From contig CAXXOU010000001.1 in the NCBI GenBank assembly GCA_963677495.2, positions 544,001 to 608,000 on the forward strand: DNA of 64,000 nt. The letters run 5' to 3'. This document shows, in pieces, positions 19,555 to 29,600 of the stretch. Positions within the stretch are counted from its first letter, which is position 1. Every line of letters starts with the position of its first letter. Made by a program: the position numbers and the translations under genes. Source of the DNA: Candidatus Cloacimonadales bacterium. GTDB taxonomy: Bacteria > Cloacimonadota > Cloacimonadia > Cloacimonadales > JAFGVF01. The notes under the pieces are model-generated. The model saw only the letters and a list, made by a program, of their open reading frames with translations, was not told where the DNA came from and made no database searches.

Positions 19555-22500
19555 CTATTTCTTCTTCTCAACTTCCGGAGTAGGCTCAATGTACTCTACC
19601 CAAGTAATAGTTCTTAATGAACGTCTTACTGAGAAAGTAGAAGGAGCACTTACAACTGTGCGAGATGGAGCTTCGTCAGTAGCTGTTACTTTAGCGAATC
19701 TGTAGTTGCCATCAAATGTAGTAGCAGGAACAGAAGCTGTAGTTTCAGTAACAATTCCGATTAAGGTATTCACATCGCATGTGAAATCAGGAGTAGTACC
19801 AACATAAACGTTGTAAGCAGTAGCACCTGTTACAGCATCCCAGTTAAGTACAAGGTCACCTGCAAGATATTCAAGTGTGAAGTTAGCAGGAGCATCAAGA
19901 ACAACAGGACCTGAGCCATCTGCAAGAGCTTCAGCAGATGTTGCAAAAGCAACTGCCATATCGTCAAGCATTGGACCACCAACACCATTGTTTCTATACT
20001 GAATACCTACTGTACCATCAGCGTTCTCGATACCGATACAAGCATCACCTTGGATAGTTGAAGTACCTGATTCTGTACCACCATTTGAGTAGTTACGATA
20101 TTGGATTTTAATTCTGCCATTTGTATAAATGATAACCTGCATGTCCATGAACTCATCATAGTCAGAATAGTCATTCCACTGTTCAACAGTATAAACGAAG
20201 TTACCATCTACATCGTATCCATAGAAAGGATTAGTAGTAGCAACCTGAGTAGTATGCATATCCATAGCTGAAAGTGCAATTACATCGTTTGGTGTTCCAG
20301 ATGCAGGAATTGACATTGAGCCACCTGTTGAGCCAACAGGACTTGAGAACATAACGTAACCATTTGTTCCAAGGTAGATCTGTGTGTAATCATTACCAAA
20401 GTAGTTGAATGTGAAGTTTAAATCAACAGTAGCATAACCATCATCAGCGCTTGTATATGTTGGAGCATTTGCTTCAACCACATCAACCCAACTGAATGTA
20501 GGTTGATAGCCTAAACCATTACCATCTGGTACACTATTTGCGAAGTAGTAACCACCATAAAGTGTACCGTCTCCACCGTAGTTTGGATTAGATTGTGTTG
20601 TGAAAGTTCTGATAGCATCAGGAGCAACACCTTCACCATTTCTGTTATAACCGGTTACATACCAGTAATATTGAGTCTCATAGTTAAGAGCTGTTGTAAG
20701 TGTAACAGCAGTTACAACACCAACATCAGTTTGAACATAGTTTTCACCATCATCACTAATGTAAAGGTTGTAGCCATCTGCCCATACATCACTATACCAT
20801 GATAAAGTTGGATATTCGCTTACACCTTCAGCTGCATCTGCAGGATTGTTGTATGTTATAGCTTCAGGAGCAGCAGCATAAGTTGTAAAGCTCCAAACAG
20901 GGCAATCAGTAGCATTACCGTTTGCATTGTAAGGAATTACCTGCCAGTAATATGTAGTTGCACCACTAAGTTCAACTGCATCATATGTAGTAGCTGTACC
21001 CATGTCTGTCATGTCTTCAACATCTGTAGGTGGATTATCAGTACCAAAGTTAAGATAATAACCATCAGCAACTGCATCAGTATTCCATTCAAGAGTTAAG
21101 TTGAAGTCTTGATCAATAGCTTCATCTGCAGGAGATACTAAAGCTACAGGAGCAGGAGGAGTTGCGTTAGTTGTGAAACTCCAAACAGGGCAATCTACAG
21201 CACTACCATTAGCGTTGTAAGGTACAACCTGCCAGTAATAAGTAGCACCACCGGTAAGAGCACTGTAAGCATAAGTTGTTACGTTACCTTGATCAGCACC
21301 GTTAACGATATCTGTTGGTGGGTTATCAGAACCGAAGTATAAGTCATAACCATCAGCAAATGGAACAGCATTCCATTCAAGTGTTCCTTCTGTAAGCTGT
21401 TCAGTAGCTGCATCAACTGGTGCAACAACAGTAGCTACTGCAGGAGGATTTACGTTGTTAAAAATCTCAACGTCATCAATTGAAAGGTCTCCAAAATAAC
21501 TTGAAGATTCCATTGCTCTAAAATCGAAGCTAACAGTTTGACCTGCAAACGCTGTTAAAGAAACAACACCTTGCTGCCAACCTAAGTCACCATCTGCATC
21601 AGTGAATACTGCAACAGATTCAGTAGTTACTTCGCCATTGATTACATCAATGTGTAATTCAGAAGTGTTAGAATTATCACCAATCCAATACCAGAATGAC
21701 ATTACAGGAGAAGTAAGACCTGCAAAATTAAAGTCTGGAGTATAAAGGTGTGCCGGAACTGTTTCAGGTGATGAGTCATCAAGAACCATCATGTAACCAC
21801 TGTTACCTGTATGATCAGATGTTGCACCGTGTCCACCGGCTTCATTGTTTGCTACTTCCCAACCATTGCTACTTGCATCAGGATCAGCTACCCACTCTAG
21901 TGGTAAGTCGGCAGTATCAAATGATTCAGTATATGGGAAAACAGAAACTATTGGATCAAATCCTTCACCTTGAACTGGAATGTTACGTGTAGTTCTTGTA
22001 ATATTATCAATAATAACAATATTATCATTAACAACGCCGACTGATGTTGCATTGAAAGTAACATCAAAGCTCGCAGACATTGTTGAAGGAATTGTTAAAG
22101 GATATGTATTGGCATCTGTAAGTGTGAAGTTAGCACCTGTTTCTAAAGCGATAGGATCGTTTATAACAAGATCAGCACCACCATTATTAGTAATAGTGAA
22201 AATTTGTGCATCACTATCTGCATTCACATAAACCATACCAAAGTTATAAGATTCTGGATTAATAGAGAACTCAGGCATTTCAGGAACATCACCGAATTCC
22301 ATTCTAATGTTTGGGATATATGCTTTCAAAGTTCCTGATGGAGGATCAGATGGATCAGGATTATTACTATCATTACGGTAAGTAATAGATCTGTTTCCAA
22401 CTACAGAAGTACAGAAGAACTCGTCTGAGCTTGAATCATAGCTTGATTGGTTTTCCTCAACAGCAATAACTAAATTATCAACATTGTTATAAGTAAATGG

Positions 22501-23856
22501 TGAGTCTAAAACAAGCTCAATCCAAGAATCTTCTGTTGGAATCGGATCAAGTGTTTGAGCATAAACCTGAGTTAACTGTTCTGCAGGTAACCAAGCATCT
22601 GTAGTGCCAAACTCTTCCAGATTAGTATGAGCCATGTAGATAACCCATTCAGAGCTACTATCAAGATTGGAAGCACCATTGTAATGGAACCAAATCTTCT
22701 CAATTCTTTGGTCAGCCATATCTATTTCACTTTGTAAATAGATACTCTGAGTGTAAGTATAACCATAGAATGGTTCAATTGGAAGACCCTGATTTGTTTC
22801 AGCTCCGGTACCAATAGAAACAATGTTATCACTCAATACTGTTGTGAATGAATAAGTTTCTTCAGTATCATTGGCAGCATTAGAGTTCTTTGAAACCACT
22901 TTCCAGTAGTAAGTTGTACTTTGAGCTAAACGACCTGGGTTATAAGCACCTGAACCGTTAACAGTACCATCAGTAACAACTTGTACCACAGGTGGATTTA
23001 CAGAGTCAAAGTAAAGATCATATGTTTCTGCTAATGTATCGAAATCCCAGCTAATCTGAGTATTAACTGGTTGATCTGTAGCACCATTTAAAGGTAAAGC
23101 ATTAGTAACTTCTCCTGGTGTCATATCAATATCAAAACTGTATACAGCACTAGCAGCTTGTAAACGAGCTGATGAATTTTTAGCAACGACATACCAATAA
23201 TATGTACCTTCACTAAGAGCACTATCCGGGATATAATTACCAGCAGTACCTTCTTCACCGGCTGTTCCATCTGTAACAACCTGTGTTACAGGAGGGTTGA
23301 CAGTGTCGAAATAGAGATCATAAGTTTCTGTTAATGCTCCAAATGTCCAGCTAAGTTCAGGAGACAAAGTTGTAACAGTAAATGCATCTGTAGGAAGCAT
23401 GTTAGAAACAGCTGTTGGTGCAGCAGGGTTATCAATAACTGCAGTCATGTCAATCTGATAATTACCTTCATTTGAGCCGTAACCTTCAACTATTACATAA
23501 TAATCTGTATTAGCATCTAAAGTTAGGTCATAAAGTGCTGAACGGTTACCAATTGCATCATCATTATAATGTAACATAGTAGTTTGGTCAGCTGCATAAA
23601 CATGTAAATATGTATCGAAGCTTGATTCTCCAAGAGAGATATCAAGATCTGTAATAGCAAATGGAGAGTTAATTCTGTAGAAAGCATCAGCACTTGCATT
23701 TTCGATTGTATTAGTCAAAGTGTTTGTATCACCTGTATCAGTGTATGGGAAATCAGTATCTGTTACTAAAACTGCAGTAGCAAAGTCATCTCCGCCAATT
23801 GCAAATAATCCCACTGATAATACAGCTAACATCATGATTAAAATCATTTTTCTCAT
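19555..23856 (-). CDS. Giant acidic exoprotein B (~1433 aa), paralogue of A with a different (PPC-like) N-terminal domain and five Fn3-like repeats
   Basis: Signal peptide MRKMILIM after a GGAG RBS; same domain set as 13615..18144; N-terminal GGDDFATA...FDTYLHVY...YYVIVEGY. Confidence 0.85.
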   Translation of the reverse strand: MRKMILIMMLAVLSVGLFAIGGDDFATAVLVTDTDFPYTDTGDTNTLTNTIENASADAFYRINSPFAITDLDISLGESSFDTYLHVYAADQTTMLHYNDDAIGNRSALYDLTLDANTDYYVIVEGYGSNEGNYQIDMTAVIDNPAAPTAVSNMLPTDAFTVTTLSPELSWTFGALTETYDLYFDTVNPPVTQVVTDGTAGEEGTAGNYIPDSALSEGTYYWYVVAKNSSARLQAASAVYSFDIDMTPGEVTNALPLNGATDQPVNTQISWDFDTLAETYDLYFDSVNPPVVQVVTDGTVNGSGAYNPGRLAQSTTYYWKVVSKNSNAANDTEETYSFTTVLSDNIVSIGTGAETNQGLPIEPFYGYTYTQSIYLQSEIDMADQRIEKIWFHYNGASNLDSSSEWVIYMAHTNLEEFGTTDAWLPAEQLTQVYAQTLDPIPTEDSWIELVLDSPFTYNNVDNLVIAVEENQSSYDSSSDEFFCTSVVGNRSITYRNDSNNPDPSDPPSGTLKAYIPNIRMEFGDVPEMPEFSINPESYNFGMVYVNADSDAQIFTITNNGGADLVINDPIALETGANFTLTDANTYPLTIPSTMSASFDVTFNATSVGVVNDNIVIIDNITRTTRNIPVQGEGFDPIVSVFPYTESFDTADLPLEWVADPDASSNGWEVANNEAGGHGATSDHTGNSGYMMVLDDSSPETVPAHLYTPDFNFAGLTSPVMSFWYWIGDNSNTSELHIDVINGEVTTESVAVFTDADGDLGWQQGVVSLTAFAGQTVSFDFRAMESSSYFGDLSIDDVEIFNNVNPPAVATVVAPVDAATEQLTEGTLEWNAVPFADGYDLYFGSDNPPTDIVNGADQGNVTTYAYSALTGGATYYWQVVPYNANGSAVDCPVWSFTTNATPPAPVALVSPADEAIDQDFNLTLEWNTDAVADGYYLNFGTDNPPTDVEDMTDMGTATTYDAVELSGATTYYWQVIPYNANGNATDCPVWSFTTYAAAPEAITYNNPADAAEGVSEYPTLSWYSDVWADGYNLYISDDGENYVQTDVGVVTAVTLTTALNYETQYYWYVTGYNRNGEGVAPDAIRTFTTQSNPNYGGDGTLYGGYYFANSVPDGNGLGYQPTFSWVDVVEANAPTYTSADDGYATVDLNFTFNYFGNDYTQIYLGTNGYVMFSSPVGSTGGSMSIPASGTPNDVIALSAMDMHTTQVATTNPFYGYDVDGNFVYTVEQWNDYSDYDEFMDMQVIIYTNGRIKIQYRNYSNGGTESGTSTIQGDACIGIENADGTVGIQYRNNGVGGPMLDDMAVAFATSAEALADGSGPVVLDAPANFTLEYLAGDLVLNWDAVTGATAYNVYVGTTPDFTCDVNTLIGIVTETTASVPATTFDGNYRFAKVTATDEAPSRTVVSAPSTFSVRRSLRTITWVEYIEPTPEVEKKK

Positions 23857-23871
23857 AATAGATAACTCCAA

Positions 23872-24179
23872 ATAATTAATAATTTTGGAAAATAGAGAAT
23901 CTAATCCGGTAACTACCTTATAATTTCCTCTCTAATCTCCTTGTAACTTTGGTGTAAACATTTTGATACACCAATCCTGTAATTTATCTGAAAGCGCCAG
24001 AGGGGTCATGTGGGTTTGTGGATGTTTGTGGAATTATTCCCCTGACAACCATGACAGATCTTATTAAATGGGATTTATTCGTCTTAATTGTGATGTATCT
24101 TCCTACCAAAGATTATACATCTAAATAAATATCTCCCTTAACTAACGTAAAATTTCGGCTTTTACCTAAATAGTGTCAA
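23872..24179 (-). ncRNA. Putative structured 5' leader RNA, copy B (with TTGACA at 24174-24179)
   Basis: Same block order and stems as 18160-18514. Confidence 0.6.
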
Positions 24180-24281
24180 GAACTTTTTCCCATGTATAAT
24201 GTATTTATACAACAAATTACACTTGTAAGTAAAGAAACTGAATTGGTCTCACCTACATAACCCTCTAATAATAGATAAATA

Positions 24282-24308
24282 AACAGGTCGGATTTAATCC
24301 GACCTGTT
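24282..24308 (-). terminator. Intrinsic terminator of the ECF operon
   Basis: AACAGGTCGGATT-t-AATCCGACCTGTT hairpin. Confidence 0.75.
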
Positions 24309-24357
24309 CTTTCTCAATAGTAATACTATTTTGAATTTATATCTGCAAGGGGGTTAC

Positions 24358-24894
24358 CTATTTATCGTCACAATCTCCGCAATCATCACCATTACAACCT
24401 CTCATACCTTTACGCATCATAGGTTTCATCTCTTTGAATTCTTGCTTCTGCTCATCTGTCAGCTTGGAATATACATCTTCCATCATCTTGATGCGACTAA
24501 GATGAATATCTCCTTTAGCTTCTGTGAGCTGTTCTGAAATCTTTGCAGCTTTCTTAAATTCAGCATCCTTCATATACTTATGCATATCCATTTCAAGGTT
24601 CTTGATTTCTGCACGCTTTAGATTAGCAGCTTTCTTATGTGTATCACGAATATCTCTAATCTCTTTTTCCTGTTTATCTGTTAACTCTAATCTGTTAATA
24701 CACATCATCATTCTGTCTCTGTGCATTCCATTATGATGCATACCAGCACCTTTCATTCCTTTGTGTTGCATCATACCACCACGGCTCATTCCACAATCTT
24801 CACCTTTCATCATTCCCTTTCTATGCATGCCTTGGGCAAACATTGATGCAACTAATACTGTCATTACGGCTATTACTAATACTATCTTTTTCAT
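24358..24894 (-). CDS. Spy/CpxP-family periplasmic chaperone
   Basis: Signal peptide, Met/Gly/His-rich N-terminus, LELTDKQ and KLTDEQK (LTxxQ) motifs. Confidence 0.85.
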   Translation of the reverse strand: MKKIVLVIAVMTVLVASMFAQGMHRKGMMKGEDCGMSRGGMMQHKGMKGAGMHHNGMHRDRMMMCINRLELTDKQEKEIRDIRDTHKKAANLKRAEIKNLEMDMHKYMKDAEFKKAAKISEQLTEAKGDIHLSRIKMMEDVYSKLTDEQKQEFKEMKPMMRKGMRGCNGDDCGDCDDK

Positions 24895-25424
24895 TTTATT
24901 CTCCTATGCTCTTGTTCATCTTTTCTTCCTCTATTCTTACGAGGATATCTGTTCTTTAAATGTCTCTTAAACATCTCTCTGCGCTTCTTTATCTCTTCCG
25001 GAGATGAGTTCTTTCGAACTTCAATCAACTTCTCAGAAATGCAGTTACTAAGATCTTCTGAATTTTTATTCATTACTAATTTTATGGAATCAAGCTTTGT
25101 ATAGGATGGCTCATCCTTCATAAGCTCTTTAAAGAAAGCACTTTTAAGTTCATCCATTCTATCCATATTATTTCTTAAACTTTCCGACATAAACTTATCT
25201 TTCATTCCACTCAGCATTTCATGCTCAGGACCTCTTGGACCTCTGTGACCATCAGGACCTTTATGTTTGAGTCCTCCCATGTGAGGTGGTCTTTCGAAAG
25301 GATGTGGGAATGGACGGCCTTGATGCTTAGCTATTTGAACTCCTCTAAAGATAAAAGCTGTTACAAATGCCAGGTTAAAGACCAACGATATTATCAACAA
25401 GATTCTGTATTTTCTACTAATCAT
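24891..25424 (-). CDS. Membrane-anchored periplasmic heavy-metal sensor / Spy-like protein
   Basis: LLIISLVFNLAF N-terminal anchor, Pro/His-rich linker and helical domain; usual partner of an ECF/anti-sigma pair. Confidence 0.65.
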   Translation of the reverse strand: MISRKYRILLIISLVFNLAFVTAFIFRGVQIAKHQGRPFPHPFERPPHMGGLKHKGPDGHRGPRGPEHEMLSGMKDKFMSESLRNNMDRMDELKSAFFKELMKDEPSYTKLDSIKLVMNKNSEDLSNCISEKLIEVRKNSSPEEIKKRREMFKRHLKNRYPRKNRGRKDEQEHRRIK

Positions 25425-25425
25425 G

Positions 25426-25842
25426 TTATTCCCCCATCAGTGAACTATATAAGAAAGTATCTTCTACTGATTCAAGCGTTGATACTTCAGTTGTTGTTTC
25501 TGTTGTAGTTGTTATGGTTGCTGTTGACCAGAATGCTGTAAAGATTCCAAGATAGAGCGATAAAGCTACTGCTGCTCCGTAAGAAACAAACTTCAAGCTA
25601 AACCCATGTCTTTTCTTCTCTTCCATTGCTCTTGCTTCCGCTAAGATTCTGGTCATCATGTAATCAGGGACATCTTCATCAGGAGTAGAAAGCATAATGT
25701 TATCCAGTAACTCCATATCTTTTACAATGGATTGACAATTAGGGCATGCCTGAAGATGAGCTTCAAAGCTCAATCTTTCCTTGCTTGTCATCTCATCTGC
25801 AAGATATCTGTTTACTGTTTTTTCATCATTTTTACACTTCAT
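25426..25842 (-). CDS. Zinc-finger (zf-HC2) anti-sigma factor
   Basis: MKC...YLADEM...FEAHLQACPNC (HxxxCxxC) followed by a TM helix. Confidence 0.88.
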   Translation of the reverse strand: MKCKNDEKTVNRYLADEMTSKERLSFEAHLQACPNCQSIVKDMELLDNIMLSTPDEDVPDYMMTRILAEARAMEEKKRHGFSLKFVSYGAAVALSLYLGIFTAFWSTATITTTTETTTEVSTLESVEDTFLYSSLMGE

Positions 25843-25843
25843 T

Positions 25844-26356
25844 TTAAAACTCCTTAACAATATTGACACCGGAAACCTCAATTTCCTTCTCAATAATTTT
25901 TCTTAATCTTTTCTTTGCTCTTACTAGCTTGGATTCTACTGCTTTAACTGAGCATCCAAGCATTTCTGCCATCTCTTTATAACTAAGCTTCTTGTAATAC
26001 TGTAATTCTATCAGCATTGCAACTTTAGATGGCAACTGTACTATAGCCCTCTTAACTACATCATTATAGATGTAACTCTCTTCTTTCGGAGCGTGTATAT
26101 TGTCGAGTACAAAGTCCGGTGCTGACGATGTTCTCTTGCTCTTTTTCAAGTGATTAATCCCCTGGTTCCGAGCTGCTCTATATAGATATGCGAGTTCTTT
26201 ACCTTTCTCTACATCATCTATTTTAGCATAGAACTTCAGGAATACACTCTGAGTAAGATCCTCAGCATCTTCCTTCTGCTTAACAAACTTCAGAAGATAA
26301 TTGTATATCCTCTTTTGGTTTACTCTAACGACGTCTTCGAATAACTCTTTTTTCAT
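25844..26356 (-). CDS. ECF RNA polymerase sigma factor
   Basis: DAEDLTQSVFLK and YLYRAARN (region 2); LSYKEMAEMLG..VKAVESKLVRAKKRL (region 4). Confidence 0.92.
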   Translation of the reverse strand: MKKELFEDVVRVNQKRIYNYLLKFVKQKEDAEDLTQSVFLKFYAKIDDVEKGKELAYLYRAARNQGINHLKKSKRTSSAPDFVLDNIHAPKEESYIYNDVVKRAIVQLPSKVAMLIELQYYKKLSYKEMAEMLGCSVKAVESKLVRAKKRLRKIIEKEIEVSGVNIVKEF

Positions 26357-26372
26357 ATACGCTCCACCTATA

Positions 26373-26399
26373 TAGACAGGCTTAAGCAAATTCCCTTCA
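26373..26399 (-). promoter_or_regulatory. Possible autoregulatory ECF promoter
   Basis: Minus strand TGAAGG-16 bp-GTCTA just upstream of the ECF gene RBS. Confidence 0.3.
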
Positions 26400-26472
26400 T
26401 TTTTTTTTGATAATTTATTTAACGAAATGATTCAGGCAACTATTTAATTACTATTATGGCACTTCACTTTCC

Positions 26473-26534
26473 ATGTCATCTTGAGCTAAGTTGGAACGAG
26501 AACTCGAATACATTCACTCCGCTCAGGGTGACAT
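26473..26534. repeat. Short REP-like palindrome of the TGTCAxxCTGAGC family
   Basis: atgtcatcttgagc...gctcagggtgacat; same termini as the 19004-19330 element. Confidence 0.7.
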
Positions 26535-26635
26535 AAAACAAAAAGCTTGATATGTTTGAGAAAGTATCAAGAATGGAGTTCAATTCACATCATGATCGCA
26601 TTTAGAGAATTTTATATATTAAAACGCACGGAGGA

Positions 26636-29600
26636 ATGATGTTCCAGAAAAAATGGTTTTGGGTAGTGTTTACTCTTATCTCACTATCTTCTATTTTCTT
26701 TATTATCAACTACTTCCCCAAAGTAATGTCTTTTATCAATATAGACATCACTATGAACAGAGAGGAAGCTTACGCAAAAACTAAAGAACTTGCTGCAAAA
26801 TTCGATTGGGGAACTGATGAGTTCAAACAAGTAGCTATGTTTGGTGGTACCAACGGTCAGACCTATATCGAACTTGAAGGTGGTGGGAAAGAAGCCTTTA
26901 ACGAACTTCTTAAAAGCGACTTCTACTCACATTACACCTGGATGGTTAGAAGCTATAAACCGGGTGAACTCCTCGAATCATCTACCTATTTCAAACCCAC
27001 CGGTGAACCTTATGGTTTCGAAGTAGACTATCCTGAAGAATTAGAACTTCCAAATCTCACCTCTGATGAAGCCCTTGAACTTGCAAAGACAAAAGCAGAA
27101 TCAGAATGGGGTATTGACTTCACACCTTACAAACTTAATGATAAAAAACTGGTCACTACACCTAAAGGCAGGAAAGATTATACCTTTATCTTCGAAAGAA
27201 CAGACCAGCAGATAGAGGAAGCAAAGTTCCGTCTGAACCTTGCTATTACCGGTAATAAGTTCTCAGCAATGTTCCATTCCTTCAAAACACCGGAAGCTTT
27301 CCAGCGTCGCTATTCTGAGATGCGCTCTGCAAACAATACAATTGCAGGAATTGGTTCAATTCTCATGGTTATTTTCTATGGTGTACTTGGTATCGTTGTT
27401 GGAGCATTTTTCTTAATCAAAACCAAATGGCTTATCTGGAAACAAGCTCTTTTCTGGGGTATTTTTGTAGCACTGCTTGAGTTTATCGCATCCTTCAATA
27501 TGCTCTCTTTATCATGGCTGTGGTATCAAACATCCTCTTCTGTAAATGAACATGTCTTAAACTATGTATCATCTTCCCTAGTCGGTTTCTTCTCAAATGT
27601 TATTCTTCTCTCTGTTTCATTCATGGTGGCTGAGAGTTTGACAAGAAAGGCTTTCGGTAAACATACACAATTATGGAAAAGCTGGAGTCCTAAAGTTGGT
27701 AATTCAGCCAAGACCTTGGGAAACACAATCGGTGCTTATCTCTGGGTTCCTCTTTCTCTGACATATATCTTAGTTTTCTATCTTATCACTACTAAATACT
27801 TCGGTTGGTGGAACTCTTCATCCCTTGGGGTTGACCCTAATACTCTTGCTACCTCTTTCCCTTGGCTCGGTGCTATTGCAATGGCATTGCATGCAGGTTT
27901 CTGGGAAGAATGTCTTTTCAGAGCAGTTCCGATTGCCGGAGCTATCCTTATCGGTAGAAAGTTTGGAAAAGAGAAGCTATTCTTCTGGATTGGTATGATA
28001 TTACAGATTATCATCTTCGGTATGGGACATGCTAACTACGCTGCCCAACCATCTTATGCTCGAGTTATAGAGCTAATCTTCCCTTCAATCGTGTTTGCCG
28101 TTGTATATATCAGATTCGGTCTCTTAGCCGGTGTGCTTATCCACTTTGTGTTTGATGCTGTACTCATGGGACTACCAATCTGGATGGTGGAAACTAATGA
28201 GATGATTGGCAACAAAGTCCTCTTTGTTATAGCACTCCTCTTCCCTATTCTGATACTTGTTTATAGAAGATTCAAAGAAAAAAAGTTAGAGTCAGACCTT
28301 ACAGGTTCTAACAATGAAGACTGGAAACCTGTTATTAAAACCGAAACGGCAAAAGAGAAAGTCGTTGAGAAAAAGCAAAGTTCTAAATCCATAGGTAGAC
28401 TCATACCTATCCTCGGAGCTTTAGGTATAGTCTTAGCACTTCTCTTCTTCAGAGTTGATTACAATTCTTCCAAACTCCAAATCACGAACGATGAAGCAAT
28501 CGCAAAAGCAACAGAGTTTATTGAATCATTAGGTGTGGAAGACCTTGATCAGTATGAGGTGATGACTGAAGCAAGAGGTGGTCACAGAATGGTGAAAAGT
28601 AGGCATTGGTATTTTCTTGGAGAAGAACAATTCAAGAACTTCACTGATGATTTCATTAGAAGTAATGCTATTAGTGTTCGCTTTGCTAAATTTGAAGGAG
28701 ACCTACAAGATAGAGCTGAAGAATATGAAGTTACGTTCACTAAAGATGGTTCTTTGTTTAATTACTGGCATAAATTCCATGAAGAGAGCGAAGGTGCTTC
28801 CTTAACAGAAGAAGAAGCAACTGATCTTGCCAAAACTCATCTGGAAAGGTTACATAGTATTAACTTCAATGATTTAACACTTGTTAGAGCTATGCCATCA
28901 TTAAAAGACAATAGAACTGATTGGAGTTTTACTTACAAAGACACTCTTAATTATGATTTAGGTGATAACCATATCAATTATGGAATCGGGTTTGCCGGAG
29001 ATGAGTTGAGTTCTGTATATAAAGGTATCAAAACTCCAGATAAAGAATGGAAGAAATTCTGGAGCAATATTAGAACCAGAGACTCTATTCATGGCATACT
29101 GAATATTACAACTATGCTTCTCTACTTAGGCTCTTTAATCATTATTATTATTGCATGGACAAAGAAACAGCTAAACATGAAAGTATTCTTTATCCTATTT
29201 GTAATTTTGATACTTGTATCGCTTATCGGTTTTGGACTTGATTATGGTAATATGAAGATGGGATACTCAACCTCTCAACCTCTCGGTAACCAGAATCTCA
29301 TGAACATACTTACAACTATTCTTATGGGTGTTGTAGTGAGTTTCTATGTCAGTATTGTGATGGCGTACTTTGCCAAGAACCGTACAAGTTCAGAGAAGCT
29401 TATGCCACGTTTCTATATAGGAGCTATGGCTGTTGGATTCTATCTTCTAATTATGAGTCTGCTTCCAAAGATCACTGCTACAACTCCGGATTCATCAGTA
29501 ATGACATCAGCAATCCCATTCTTGGGAGCAATCATAGCATCTCTTAAGATGTTCACGCGCTCATTAGCACTGCTTGTGCCGACTTATATAATCTTAGACA

